Source: Octopus vulgaris
Lineage: Eukaryota
Direction: 5' to 3'
Assembly: GCA_951406725.2 (NCBI GenBank)
Contig: OX597816.1
Coordinates: 19,158,001 to 19,222,000, forward strand
Length of the DNA stretch: 64,000 nucleotides
Below are positions 53,102-64,000 of the stretch, piece after piece (the first letter of the stretch is position 1; each line of letters opens with the position of its first letter). The notes beneath the pieces are model-generated. The model saw only the letters and a list, made by a program, of their open reading frames with translations, made no database searches and was not told the origin of the DNA. Made by a program: the position numbers and the translations under genes.

Positions 53102-53687
53102 ATCCCCATCCAGGTCAATTGGGGGGGGGGTGAAGGTGGATGCACAATTCCACGAATCGGTAGCTGGCTCCCGAGAAATTGTCGAATGAGTATGCAGGAC
53201 TAAGTGACATCACCTACCTGCTGGTGAGAAACATGGAAATCATAATAATGACCACCACTCATGATTCCCGACACTCTGAAATGAGAATGGGGATAATCTG
53301 TTCAATACAAGTGTATCGAATAATGGTGTGAATGACACTGGAACCAACGGTGCTTTGTGGCTGAGCAGCGCAGGCCCGTTCGTCATCGAGAGACATCTTA
53401 TACTCAAAGTGAGAGGCAGAGGAAGAGATGAGATAAGGGGGCAAACCAAACTGTAAATGGGTGTTGCATCAGAAGTTAATATAAAGGAAATCGAAATAGA
53501 GTGTCCAGGAGAGATTTGATAAAGTTTTGCCTCTTTGGCACAGCCAGAAGCATCACGAAAGTAGTAGATAGTTGAAACATACACCTAGGAACGTACCGAA
53601 GGCTGCATGTAGCAAACCCACTACGGGTGCAACATTCCAGCAGTTTGAACAGAAACTTATTTAAATATTAATAATAATAATAATAAT

Positions 53688-53795
<108 letters not shown>

Positions 53796-54049
53796 TGTTG
53801 CTGCTCATGTATTTTAATTTAACTTTAAAAAACAAATGAACGAACTACTGAGTTTGGTTTAATGGCCTACCAATATACACTATGAGTTTCTTTGCCCTAG
53901 GAGTCGGGAAGACACTCGGCAAGAAATGGAAGCAAATTTGAAAGAAGAAAAAAAAAATAATAATAATAATAATAAAAATAATAATAACAATAATAATAAT
54001 AATAATAATAATGAATATAATAATAATAATAATAATAATAATGATGATG

Positions 54050-54114
<65 letters not shown>

Positions 54115-54116
<2 letters not shown>

Positions 54117-54590
54117 TAAAAGAACATGCCTCCTCATTGATATGTCTGTCCCAATCGATATAATCGTATCTGTCAAGACCTACCAAAAACTGAGCAAATA
54201 TAAAGATCTTGAAATAGAAATCAGCAAAATGTGGAACATGAAGACTAAAATAATACCTGTTGTCATAGGTGCCCTGGGAATGATAGCAAAAGGGGCTGAT
54301 CGCTACCTAACTCAGATACCAGGAAACCCCAAAATGACAGACATTCAAAAGATAGTGCTCATCGGAACTGCTCATATCCTACGCAAAATACTTTCTATGT
54401 AAACTCAAGTTTTAAAACAAACATAACTTTCGTTTTTTTTAGGCATTCACTAGTACAACACTAAATACGAAACCAAATATATGGCACACTAGGCATAAAA
54501 ACAATACGAACTTCCAACCTGTTGCCTCTTCAGGTTTCTGGGTGAGACTTAGAGCCAACTTTTACAAATGTAAAGCAAAAGTCAAACAGA
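54115..54590 (+). mobile_element. R4/Dong-like non-LTR retrotransposon 3' end (restriction-like endonuclease) in (TAA)n
   Basis: KRTCLLIDMSVP..KLSKYKDLEIEISKMW..IIPVVIGALG..IQKIVLIGTAHILRKIL* (stop at 54402), then a 3' UTR and (TAA)n. Confidence 0.85.
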
Positions 54591-54591
54591 C

Positions 54592-54622
<31 letters not shown>

Positions 54623-54624
54623 TG

Positions 54625-54740
54625 TAGCTGCTGTCAGGCTCGAAGTGATCCAGATGACAGCATTGTTGAGTACAGCTCGCATTCTAAGGAGAGTGTTGTG
54701 TCTGAGTCACTGGAAAAGTCACTACTTTCAAGTAAAAAAT
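54625..54740 (+). mobile_element. Second R4/Dong-like C-terminal fragment
   Basis: Translates to VRLEVIQMTALLSTARILRRVL, paralogous to IQKIVLIGTAHILRKIL. Confidence 0.65.
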
Positions 54741-54834
54741 AACCGCTAATTAAGAACTATCCAAGAGTCTTTCAGATTAACAACAACAGCAACAACAACA
54801 ACAACAATAATAATAATAATAACAATAATAACAT

Positions 54835-55165
54835 TGGGAATCAGGCAGGGGAACACTGAACGCCTTGCTATTTATAGACGACCTGAATCTATTCATAAAA
54901 CGGAGGCAAAACTAGACAGCCTACTCCAGTCTGTGCGGAGTTTCTCCACGGATATTAAGATGGATTTTGGACTCAAAATTTGGTACGATGGTGATGAGGA
55001 AAGCTTGCCGGGACAGAAGGCATATATTTGACAAGAGGTGAAATGACGAAGGCAATTCAACCTTAATCCAGCGGTAAATACCTGGGATTACTTGAGGAAG
55101 ATGGAATCAAACACGATGACATGAAGGAAAAGACAAAAAATGGAGCAAACTTCGAGGACTGAGAA
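54835..55165 (+). pseudogene. R4/Dong-like reverse transcriptase fragment
   Basis: LLFIDDLNL (YxDD region), LDSLLQSVRSFSTDIKMDFGLK, KYLGLLEEDGIKHDDMKEK, with frameshifts. Confidence 0.75.
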
Positions 55166-55265
55166 AATATTGCTTCATGTACTCTCTTAGTAATGTAACG
55201 GTACTTGTCTTTATAACCTATTCTTTATATCTATTGAAGAATTCTTGAAATATTTTTACTGTTTC

Positions 55266-55540
55266 CTCTTTTACTCTTTTACTTGTTTCAGTCATGTGAA
55301 TGTGGCCATGCTGGAGCACCGCCTTTAGTCGAGCAAATCGACCTTAGAATATATTCTATCGGTCTCTTTTTGGCGAACCGCTAGTTTACGGTTACATAAA
55401 CACAGCAGCATCAATTATCAAGTGGTGTTGGATAGACAAACACAGACACAAAAACGTATACACACGCTTAGGACAGGTTTCTTTCAGTTTCTGTCTACCA
55501 AGTCCACTTACAAGGCTTTAGTTGCCCATGATGTCACGTA
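55266..55540 (-). mobile_element. SINE group A, deleted copy
   Basis: Group A tail and partial body. Confidence 0.8.
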
Positions 55541-56274
55541 GTTGAGGAACAGACACTCAAGCGAAGTATCCAATTTCAGTGAGCTATATTCAATAATTCA
55601 AATAGTCCAGCCAGTTTAGCAATTATGTTTCATACCACATCCATGGTCTGTATAACGCAATAACAAAATTATGTGACCTGGGTATTTATTTGCAATGTCT
55701 ACATTTTATAAAGCTGTAATCGTTTCACTGCAGTTTTCGCGCTTCTAATATTTGTGCAATTTCTCTTTTAGATAAATGAATCCGGATATTAGATATGACT
55801 TATTAAAATATGAAGACCATGCATTTTTAAACGCACAAAACGAATTTTTTAGTGCGATTAAGAGTGGCAGAGAAATTCCTTTGCCGTGTGGGCTTCAGCT
55901 ACTTTAAATAATTAAAACGAAGGAAGCTACGCTTAATCAACTTGTTTGTTTTGCGACTGACTCAACAATACGCGTGGAAGATATCAATTGATCACGAATG
56001 TGCTTGAAGGAATATATATGGAAGAATTGAAAGTGCAAAATATTGCCTTATAACATATATTTCAAGAAAACATAAAATCACCGAAAGCAAAATTGCTTAA
56101 AGCACGAGAATGTGATCTTCGTTAAGAAGAACTTGAGAGAAGAGAAGATGTATGGAATACTGTGCTACAGTATATTTGTTGTAATATATACTGTGCTCGA
56201 CAAATATATATTATATTTAGCAATATTAAAATAATATATTTAACTATAGGTACATGTCCTCAAATTATGGGAGA

Positions 56275-56436
56275 GAGGACTAGTCGGTTAAATCGACTCC
56301 AGTACTCAACTGGTACTCAATTTGTCGACCCCGAAAGGATGAAAGGCAAAGACGACCACGGCGGAATTTGAACTCAGAAACTAAAGACAGACGAAATACC
56401 GCTAAATATTTCGCCCGGCGTGCTATCGTTTCTGCC
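56275..56436 (-). mobile_element. SINE group B, 5' part
   Basis: gtcgaccccgaaaggatgaaaggcaaag..ggcggaatttgaactcag..ttcgcccggcgtgcta. Confidence 0.8.
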
Positions 56437-56557
56437 TGTAGAAAAACATAGTCATCTAAGCATTTTATAATATTATTATGGAGAGCTATGTTATATTGTA
56501 TGCGATTAATTTATCTGTACACGATATATATATATATATATATATATAACTATTATA

Positions 56558-56593
<36 letters not shown>

Positions 56594-57602
56594 TGTGCGC
56601 GTGCGTAGGGGTTGAAAAGGAACATACGAGTTGATATTTATAAGGAAAATATGACAAAAATATCGCAAAGTCTGAAACCGGTACTAAAATGTTCTTCATG
56701 ATAAAATTAATTTAGTATCTTCTTTGTCTTAATTTCCTTACACACACACACACATATATACATTGTGTTTATATGCCTGTGCGTGTATGCATGTGTTTAG
56801 CTGTATATGGATGGGCGTTATATGAAGATCTAGTTAAGCACGTAACCTCTATTTCTTATTGAACACCCAGTGCATTGCCAAACATACATCTGTTCGACGC
56901 GTACTTGTCACCCTACATAAGTATATCTCAATTTTGGTTTAGTTGTATGTACTCGATATAGTTATTCTACAATGTACTGTTCTTAAAAATCAGAATGATT
57001 TGCAAATGAGTTTCCTGTAGAATTAATAGCATTTTCAAATATCCTAAATTTTGTAATACATACAGGTATTAAGATACAAGATATTTTTTCGCAGAGTATG
57101 AATATTATAAATATTGATTAGATTTTCGTTTCTCCTTACTAGCGTGTTACTGAAATCTTTGCGCATTTAAATTACACATTTGTAAGTTTTAAATAACCGT
57201 ATTTTTCTATCGGATCTTAATGAATTCAAAACGAATAAAGCAACTAAAATAATTTAAATATATTCAAAAGTTAATAAAACCTTTTCCTCTTTCAATTGAC
57301 TTGTAGAGGGCTCAGTGTATCATTGCTGGAATAGTAGTGTAAATGTGATATTTTGATTCCGACAAACATCAGAAAGAACGCGAATATATACAGATACAAA
57401 ATATCTCTTCAAATCCATCACACTGCATTTTTAAGGCCTTAATTGATGTTATTCTTTAATTCGAATGGAAGTAGATTGATGAGGCCTGTAATAAAATATG
57501 TTCCATCTGTAACTGTATTCATTCATATTTTATAAGTAAATAAGTTATTACAAGACTAAAATATTTAATAAAACATATCTTTTTTTTAGAAAGTAAGAAT
57601 TA

Positions 57603-57994
57603 TCTCTCTATATATATAAAACTTAAGTTGTCTGTGTATGGCAGGTTTGGTAGCCATCAACTAACAGTATCTCCTCCGAGACCCTGCGGTGCAAGTTGAA
57701 CAAGATTGAGAGTATAATAGAAAATGGATTGCTCTTCCTTCCGTAGAAGAAAATATTCAAATCGGACCATGTTAACACCCAAAATTATTTACATCAAAGA
57801 TGCCTTTTTCCTATGAAAATCTCTATTTTTTACGATTGTTTGACTGCTGTGTCGCCATTTTTCGGTGTATTTTAACCAGAAAAATGTTCACTTAAAGAGA
57901 ATAACAAGCTACATAATGCAAAAGTTTTACTTTTCAAAAATTCCAATTCTAAAGGGTCGAAACAAACCCGGGCAATGCCGGGCGGTACTGCTAG
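57603..57994 (+). mobile_element. Non-autonomous Helitron
   Basis: A|TCTCTCTATATATATAAAA...CCCGGGCAATGCCGGG-cggtactg-CTAG|T. Confidence 0.85.
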
Positions 57995-58352
57995 TAAAAT
58001 ATACCGGTCCATGGCCTGGTGAGATTTGACATATATTTTGATCAGTCCATGATAAGAATAAGTGGCACAACAGCAGCATTGTTTCCAACACCGATGGCAT
58101 CTCTGTAGTATCTAAATGAATTGCACACTAAAGCTTGGGCGCATCACACAAATAGCACAAAGGAGTAAACAGTACAAGCACTGAAATTAAACTAAATAGT
58201 ACTTAATTTGTTACTGAAATATGTAGAGTCTGCTTTCCATGAAACAGTTTGCACGTGTTGAATTTTGTTGAAAGACGATATTAGAAATCATCTCGTGCTA
58301 AAGGCAAAACTATTTCAGCTGTAGCCATTGGTTCTCTATTTTAAGGGTATGA

Positions 58353-58775
58353 AGGCGGCGAGCTAGTAGAATCATTAGCACACCGGGCGAAATGCGTAGC
58401 AGTATTTCGTCTGCCGTTATGTTCTGAGTTCCAATTCCGCCGAGGTCGACTTTGCCTTTCAATCCTTTCAATCCTTTCTGGGTTGATAAATTACGTACCA
58501 GTTACGCACTGGGGCCAATGTAATCGACTTAATCCGTTTGTCTGTCCTTGTTTGCCCACTCTGTGTTTAGCCCCTTGTGGGTAGTAACGAAATAGGTATT
58601 TCGTATGCCGCTACGTTCAGTTCAAATTCCGACGAGGTCGAATTTGCTTTCATCCTTTCGGGGTCGATTAAATAAGTACCAGTTACGCACTGGAGTCGAT
58701 ACAATTGACTTAATCCTTTTGTCTGTCCTTGTTTGTCCCCTCTGTGTTTAGCCCCTTGTTGGTAGTAAAGAAATA
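58353..58775 (+). mobile_element. SINE group B tandem dimer
   Basis: Full unit plus a head-truncated second unit; short ggtatg flanking repeat. Confidence 0.9.
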
Positions 58776-59327
58776 GGTATGTCTTTGATACATTATGTAA
58801 CATTTATCTAGCTGTAGGAGCTGCTCATGTAATAGAATAATATAGTGCGATTTGCAACAGAGAAAAACGCTATATAGTTGGTAAATCCCTAGATATATTG
58901 CTAAGTAAGGATATTTTCTTTTAATCTATACAAAATGTCGAGGTAGTGTTAAAAAGTACTTAAGTGATATAGAAATGCGACATATGGATAGTAGAAAAAT
59001 ATACCCCCAAAGGCAGAATGCAAAAGAGAATGCATCATTTGTGCGATTTGAAATTACAACGTTGAGATTTTCACTAAAATAACGCCATAAGAATCCCTGA
59101 AACAATTTCTGCTACACTATACAACTTACTCTATTAATCCTGTCAAAATCGAAAACCAATACAAAACATATTCTTCGTAGCCCAGTCTATTGTTGAAACT
59201 CACAAAGAAAAATATATATGTATCTCCGTATCAGTGTGTCTGTGACTATACAAAACCCACCCAAACAATTATGTGCGTATATGTATATATGCATGTATGA
59301 ACGCATGTATATATGCGCATGTATCCG

Positions 59328-59387
<60 letters not shown>

Positions 59388-60574
59388 AATGTATGTACTT
59401 TCATGTGATTGCGTTCTAGTGTATGACTAAATATGTATGCTCGGAATATATACATATACATATGGAATAAATCAAACGCCTCTTCCCTTCGATACAACAC
59501 TTTGCGTCAATACTGTAGATGTTTCCATCTTTTTAAACATCTTTCACCTCTATATAGCCGAAGGTATTTCTTTTATAGTTTTTATTGTACAGAATAGGAT
59601 TATTCACAGAGAGATATAACTTTTTAATGTTTGTAGGAATCCAAAACCTTCAGAAAAATATATGCAAAACATGTTCCTAGAAATAAATAATTCCTGCTAG
59701 ATATTGTTTAGTTATTTTTTTTTTATTTGTATTCACTCAGATGTGTTGAAATTTTCTTTTCTTTATTGAGAAACTTTTATAATATATATTTATGAGAAAA
59801 TACACAAAAGCAGTAGGAGTTAGAAAGAAAGCGTTGACTAGAAACTCTATATGACGCTACAGGTTGTATTCACATTAATATCCCGCTCGCTACGATTTCT
59901 GTGTCGAATTCAACATCATAGAGGAGTGTGTAGCGTAATTTACAAAGCAGAAATGAAAATATGAAATCATTATTATAAATCACCTGTGGAATTTCGAACC
60001 ATACAATATATATCAAGTTTTCAAAAATATCATGCACTTGGGAAATGATAGTTTGAGGTTTTTCTTTTTAACGTGAATGTATAAAAAAGATATAATGCCA
60101 TCCAAGATTCATTAGGATATATGACACTTATACGCGGCCCTACGTAACATGAATTTATGAATTTATTATTCATGAATTCATGTAATAACAGAAAGTAACC
60201 AGCCACTCGAATTAGAGATTGAATTTGATAAACAAAATTATATAAATATCATGTGAGACGTCATTATGGATCAGGGCAGAGAAAGGTCAAGATACCAGAA
60301 CAGATGAGCACTTTATTGTAATGTATAGAAGCGTTTCTTTTCGCTATACTAACAGTGAAGCAGACGATTTACGCCTTTCAGATATAAAAACAAATGTGGT
60401 AGAAACAATAAAGGAAAAATCTGAGAATGCGAATATTTTTATAAATTTCTATTAATTTCACATAACCTCACTCAGCCTGAAAAAGCATTCCTATTTATAT
60501 GCAATATTGTTATACTGATAATCAAACAGATTTATTTATAAATAATTAATTATCTAACGTTATAAATTATAGCT

Positions 60575-60823
60575 ACAATTTCTCCAAGTTTGGGAGAGAA
60601 AGGTCGAGAGAAACAGAAATAGAAATATATGGATAAACAACGGGTAAGAGAAATAGGAAAACTAAGACACACGTGCAGCAGACACCAACGCATACACACT
60701 CATAGACATGTATGTATATAATTACGAGGGGGGAGAGGAGGAAAACGACTATGATGTTAAGAGACATAAAGGCATATGAAAGGCACAGGGCAGAGATAGT
60801 CTTATGTGATACAGACGCGTTTC
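60575..60823 (-). mobile_element. Probable PLE pLTR tail with HHR 3' half
   Basis: Minus strand starts at (TA)n with GAAACGCGTC (GAAA, palindromic stem III, GUC), then a pyrimidine/TG-rich tail. Confidence 0.4.
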
Positions 60824-62159
60824 TATATATACATACATACATATATATATATATAAACTTAAATAAGTGTAGAAATTGATATTAATCAATTAAAACCAGT
60901 GGCCTAGATTATTTTTAAAACATCCGAAGATTAAAAATGTTTTTACATACAAAATTTAGAGAACTGACCCCTAAAAATTTTAGTGGTCAGTTCCCTAAAT
61001 TTCATATATATATATAAATATAACGAGAATTGATGCAAAAAGAAAATGCATTATTGATTTCCTTTCTGTATATCGATTGCAGGGGGAAGAGTACTGGATT
61101 GCTATTTAACATGGGTGTCGGGGTTATGTGTTACAGACACTTACTTTTTGGTAGAATAAATCTTTATTGTTTAACATTAAGTACGATGAAAAAGCATAGA
61201 AATTCTATTTATAAAATCTAGTTCTCTCAGTATTTAAAGAGCAAATTATGTCGGCTTCATTATTGAAGATACCGTGTTTATCCGAACACTTATCATATAA
61301 TAAACCTGACTGGCTTTATTTAATATATGTCGTTTGTGCTGTGTACCTATTCCAAGCCGTGCTTTCAATCCCTTCTTTACTTAGATTCTAACTTTTCGTT
61401 ATGGGAAATATGCTGTATTCAGTGTCACGCTAGTAGTGACCTAATCCTCCTTGTGATATAATTAACATGTGTCAAAGTACATGAGAATCAAGTAGGTATT
61501 AAATATTTCTCGATAATTTTTATTCAAATATTTCGAAAGACCTCTATTCAAACCAAAACCCTTCCCAATACAGATGTAATTAGAGAGCTGCAAAATATAT
61601 TTGGAAGTGAACACTTATCGTATAGTATAATCTACCGTTACGGGTTGAATATTTTAACAGGTTGCCCATGAAATAAACTGCACAAACCATGTGCACAAGG
61701 TGAAATAGACTATATCATTAAGAGAAATATATCAGTAATTTATTTGCTGCCTAAGTTGAGACTTATAATATTATGGTTTTGTGTTGTCATATTAGATATG
61801 AGATGAGACTAGTGTATTTAAAATTAAATGGCGACGGACTTCATGCAGTATTATAAGCGTAATAAGGACAAAAGTAAAGCAGCGGAAATCAAACGCTTAG
61901 TGTATTGTCTACAGGATTTATTGGAAGTCAAAGAGATGGTTTGGCTTGTGATATGTGCAAGGCAAAGATACATCAAAAATTACCGGATGTCGACTAAATA
62001 GATAACAATAAATCAAAAACAGGAATTAAGATTAACGACAACGCAGATCCTACAGTAAATGTGAATATAAATTCAGAATGCCAAACCAATATTTATAGAC
62101 GGTGTGTGTATAACAACGACAACAAAAACAATAATAATAAGCTTCGGTGATTGAAAGTA

Positions 62160-62288
62160 TTATCATGTAAATTGTTTTGTCTTGGTATAAAAGAGCAAAT
62201 ATTCCGCTCAATACAACAGATTTGCTAGTCAGTTGTTTGACCTGAACCAGTTGAGCATGTCCCTTAGTAGCTGACAATATATGCACAC
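62160..62288 (+). mobile_element. Internal fragment of element D
   Basis: ttgttttgtcttggtataaaaga..cagatttgc..cagttgtttgacc..gagcatgtcccttag. Confidence 0.75.
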
Positions 62289-63204
62289 CTAAAACACTGA
62301 CGCATTTTGCCTTCCGTCATGATATATATCACCATCCCGTTCTGGTGACAGCTGTGGTCCAGGATTTTTTTTTATTTTCGGGTCTGATCCGGAGAAGTAT
62401 CTCCAGGTAAAACCCTGACCAGTCCTCTTAGTAGTTCTTGTCACCTCTATCGGGACAGTATCTGCGCCCTCCACGATTACGCATCCCAGATGACACCAAA
62501 TATTTAGTCCTGGGGTGATTCTTGGAATGCTGATACGGTCTGTACGTTCCCCATGTGGGAGGAGTACATGATGACTTTGCTGGTTTTGCATGGGGTCCTT
62601 GAATGTTTTACAGCGAGGGCTTCTGATTTAAACAGCACCGAAATAGTGTCGTATTTTTCTGCTCCTCGCTATGTATTCGATCTCATTTCTTATGCACCTC
62701 CGTGCCACCTCAATATCTACTCGAGCTATCAAAGATGCTCTTTTTGTGGCTGCTGAGAAGCATCTGGAAAGCAAAGTTCATCTCTCCACTACTCCAATTG
62801 CCTCTGATGTTAACGTCAGATTTACCCAATTATTCTATTGTTTAATTACTTTCCATGCCTCAGAGAGCATCTGCTCCCTATTTCTAAGGTCTACGGTTTA
62901 TCGGAATGTGGCATTAGATGCTGCTGCTGCGGCTGCTGCAATGCTAATTTTGATATTTTATTTGTAGTTTTTGTTATTTTTGTTGCTGTCCCTGTTACTG
63001 CCGCTGCTGCTGTTGTCTTTCTTATCGATGTTGTTGGCGTTAGTTTTGTTGTTGTTGCTGTCGTCGCTTTTGGTCTCGTTGTTGTTATTGTTGTTGCTAT
63101 CACTACTGCCTCTTCTGTTGCTTTCTCTTACGTCGTTGTTGCTGCTCTCACTACTACTGCTCCCGTTGCTGCTGCTGTCTATGTTGCGGCTGCTGCTATT
63201 GTCA

Positions 63205-63769
63205 TTTCTTATTTCTTTAATGCCCAGAAGCGGCTACACACAGAGGGTACAACAATGACAGGCAAACGGATTACGTCGAATATATCGACCTGAGTGCGTA
63301 ACTGGTACTTAAATTATCGACCCCGAAAGGATGAAAGGCAAAATCGACCTCGGCGGAAGTTGAACCCAGAACGTTCACACGGACGAAATACCTATTTCTT
63401 TACTACCCGCAAGGGGCTAAACACAGAGATGACAAACAAGGGCAGGCAAACGGATTAAGTCAAATATATCGACCTCAGTGCGTAACTGGTACTTAAATTA
63501 TCGACCCCGAAAGGATGAAAGGCAAAGTCGACATCGGCGGAATTTGAACTCAGAACGTGACAACAGACGAAACTGCTATTGTCATTTCTTATTTCTTTAC
63601 TGCCCAGAAGCAGCTACACACAGAGAGGACAAACAAGGACAGGCAAACGGATTAAGTCGAATATATCGACTCCAGTGCGTAACTGGTACTTAAATTATTG
63701 ACCCCGAAAGATAAAAGGCAAAATCGACCTCGGCGGAATTTGAACTCAGAACCTGACAGCAGACGAAAC
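63205..63769 (-). mobile_element. SINE group B headless tandem array (3 units)
   Basis: Repeated atcgaccccgaaaggatgaaaggcaaa units; flank ctgctattgtcatttct occurs three times. Confidence 0.85.
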
Positions 63770-64000
63770 TGCTATTGTCATTTCTATCGCTGTTAGTGCT
63801 TCTGCTACTATTGTTTCTACTGTTCCTTTTATTTTGTACCGTGACAGTCTTGTTTTTCTCCTCCTCCCCTCCCCTGCATTGTTGCCATTGACAAAGGGAC
63901 GGGGAGGGAGGTCTTCATGTATTACCATATTGGTAGGAAGGTTTGTTTTGTTTTTCCTCAACTCTTTCAAAACGCGCTCTACCATCTTGTTGAGTTGTAT

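Noticed and set aside
53110-53660. Possible CR1/L2-type LINE remnants (also 46820-47030, 51240-51600, 62290-62920)
   Set aside because: Only faint motif resemblance; a profile search is needed before calling them.
53926-54114. Poly-Asn N-terminus of the 158-aa ORF
   Set aside because: It is the (AAT)n target tract fused in frame to a truncated LINE.
62838-63293. 151-aa hydrophobic ORF resembling a membrane protein
   Set aside because: It comes from degenerate (GCT/GTT)n repeats running into a SINE.
63830-64000. Minus ORF VERVLKELRKNKTNLP... at the window edge
   Set aside because: Truncated by the window and has no recognisable motif; it may be an element fragment.

Overview
AT-rich, microsatellite-saturated animal genomic DNA. 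The SINE repertoire and repeat style suggest an octopus or other coleoid cephalopod (inference). I see no host protein-coding exon, so the window is probably intergenic or intronic. Nearly all listed ORFs are translations of (TA)n, (CA)n or (AAT)n repeats. Recognisable content: about 30 tRNA-derived SINE copies in three groups, an (AAT)n-embedded non-coding element, R4/Dong-like and RTE LINE remnants, two non-autonomous Helitrons and two Tc1/mariner relics. The most notable signal is a set of Penelope-like element (PLE) remnants at (TA)n/(CA)n tracts that carry type I hammerhead ribozyme (HHR) folds. At 26.5-32.0 kb three PLE insertions sit side by side, each as a fold-back with two oppositely oriented HHRs. 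The largest has ~1.9 kb arms around an open GIY-YIG endonuclease domain. HHR cores include canonical CUGANGA, a compensated U3-A8 variant (UUGANAA) and a recurrent U4C variant (CCGACGA). All structures were read by eye; no folding or database searches were run.
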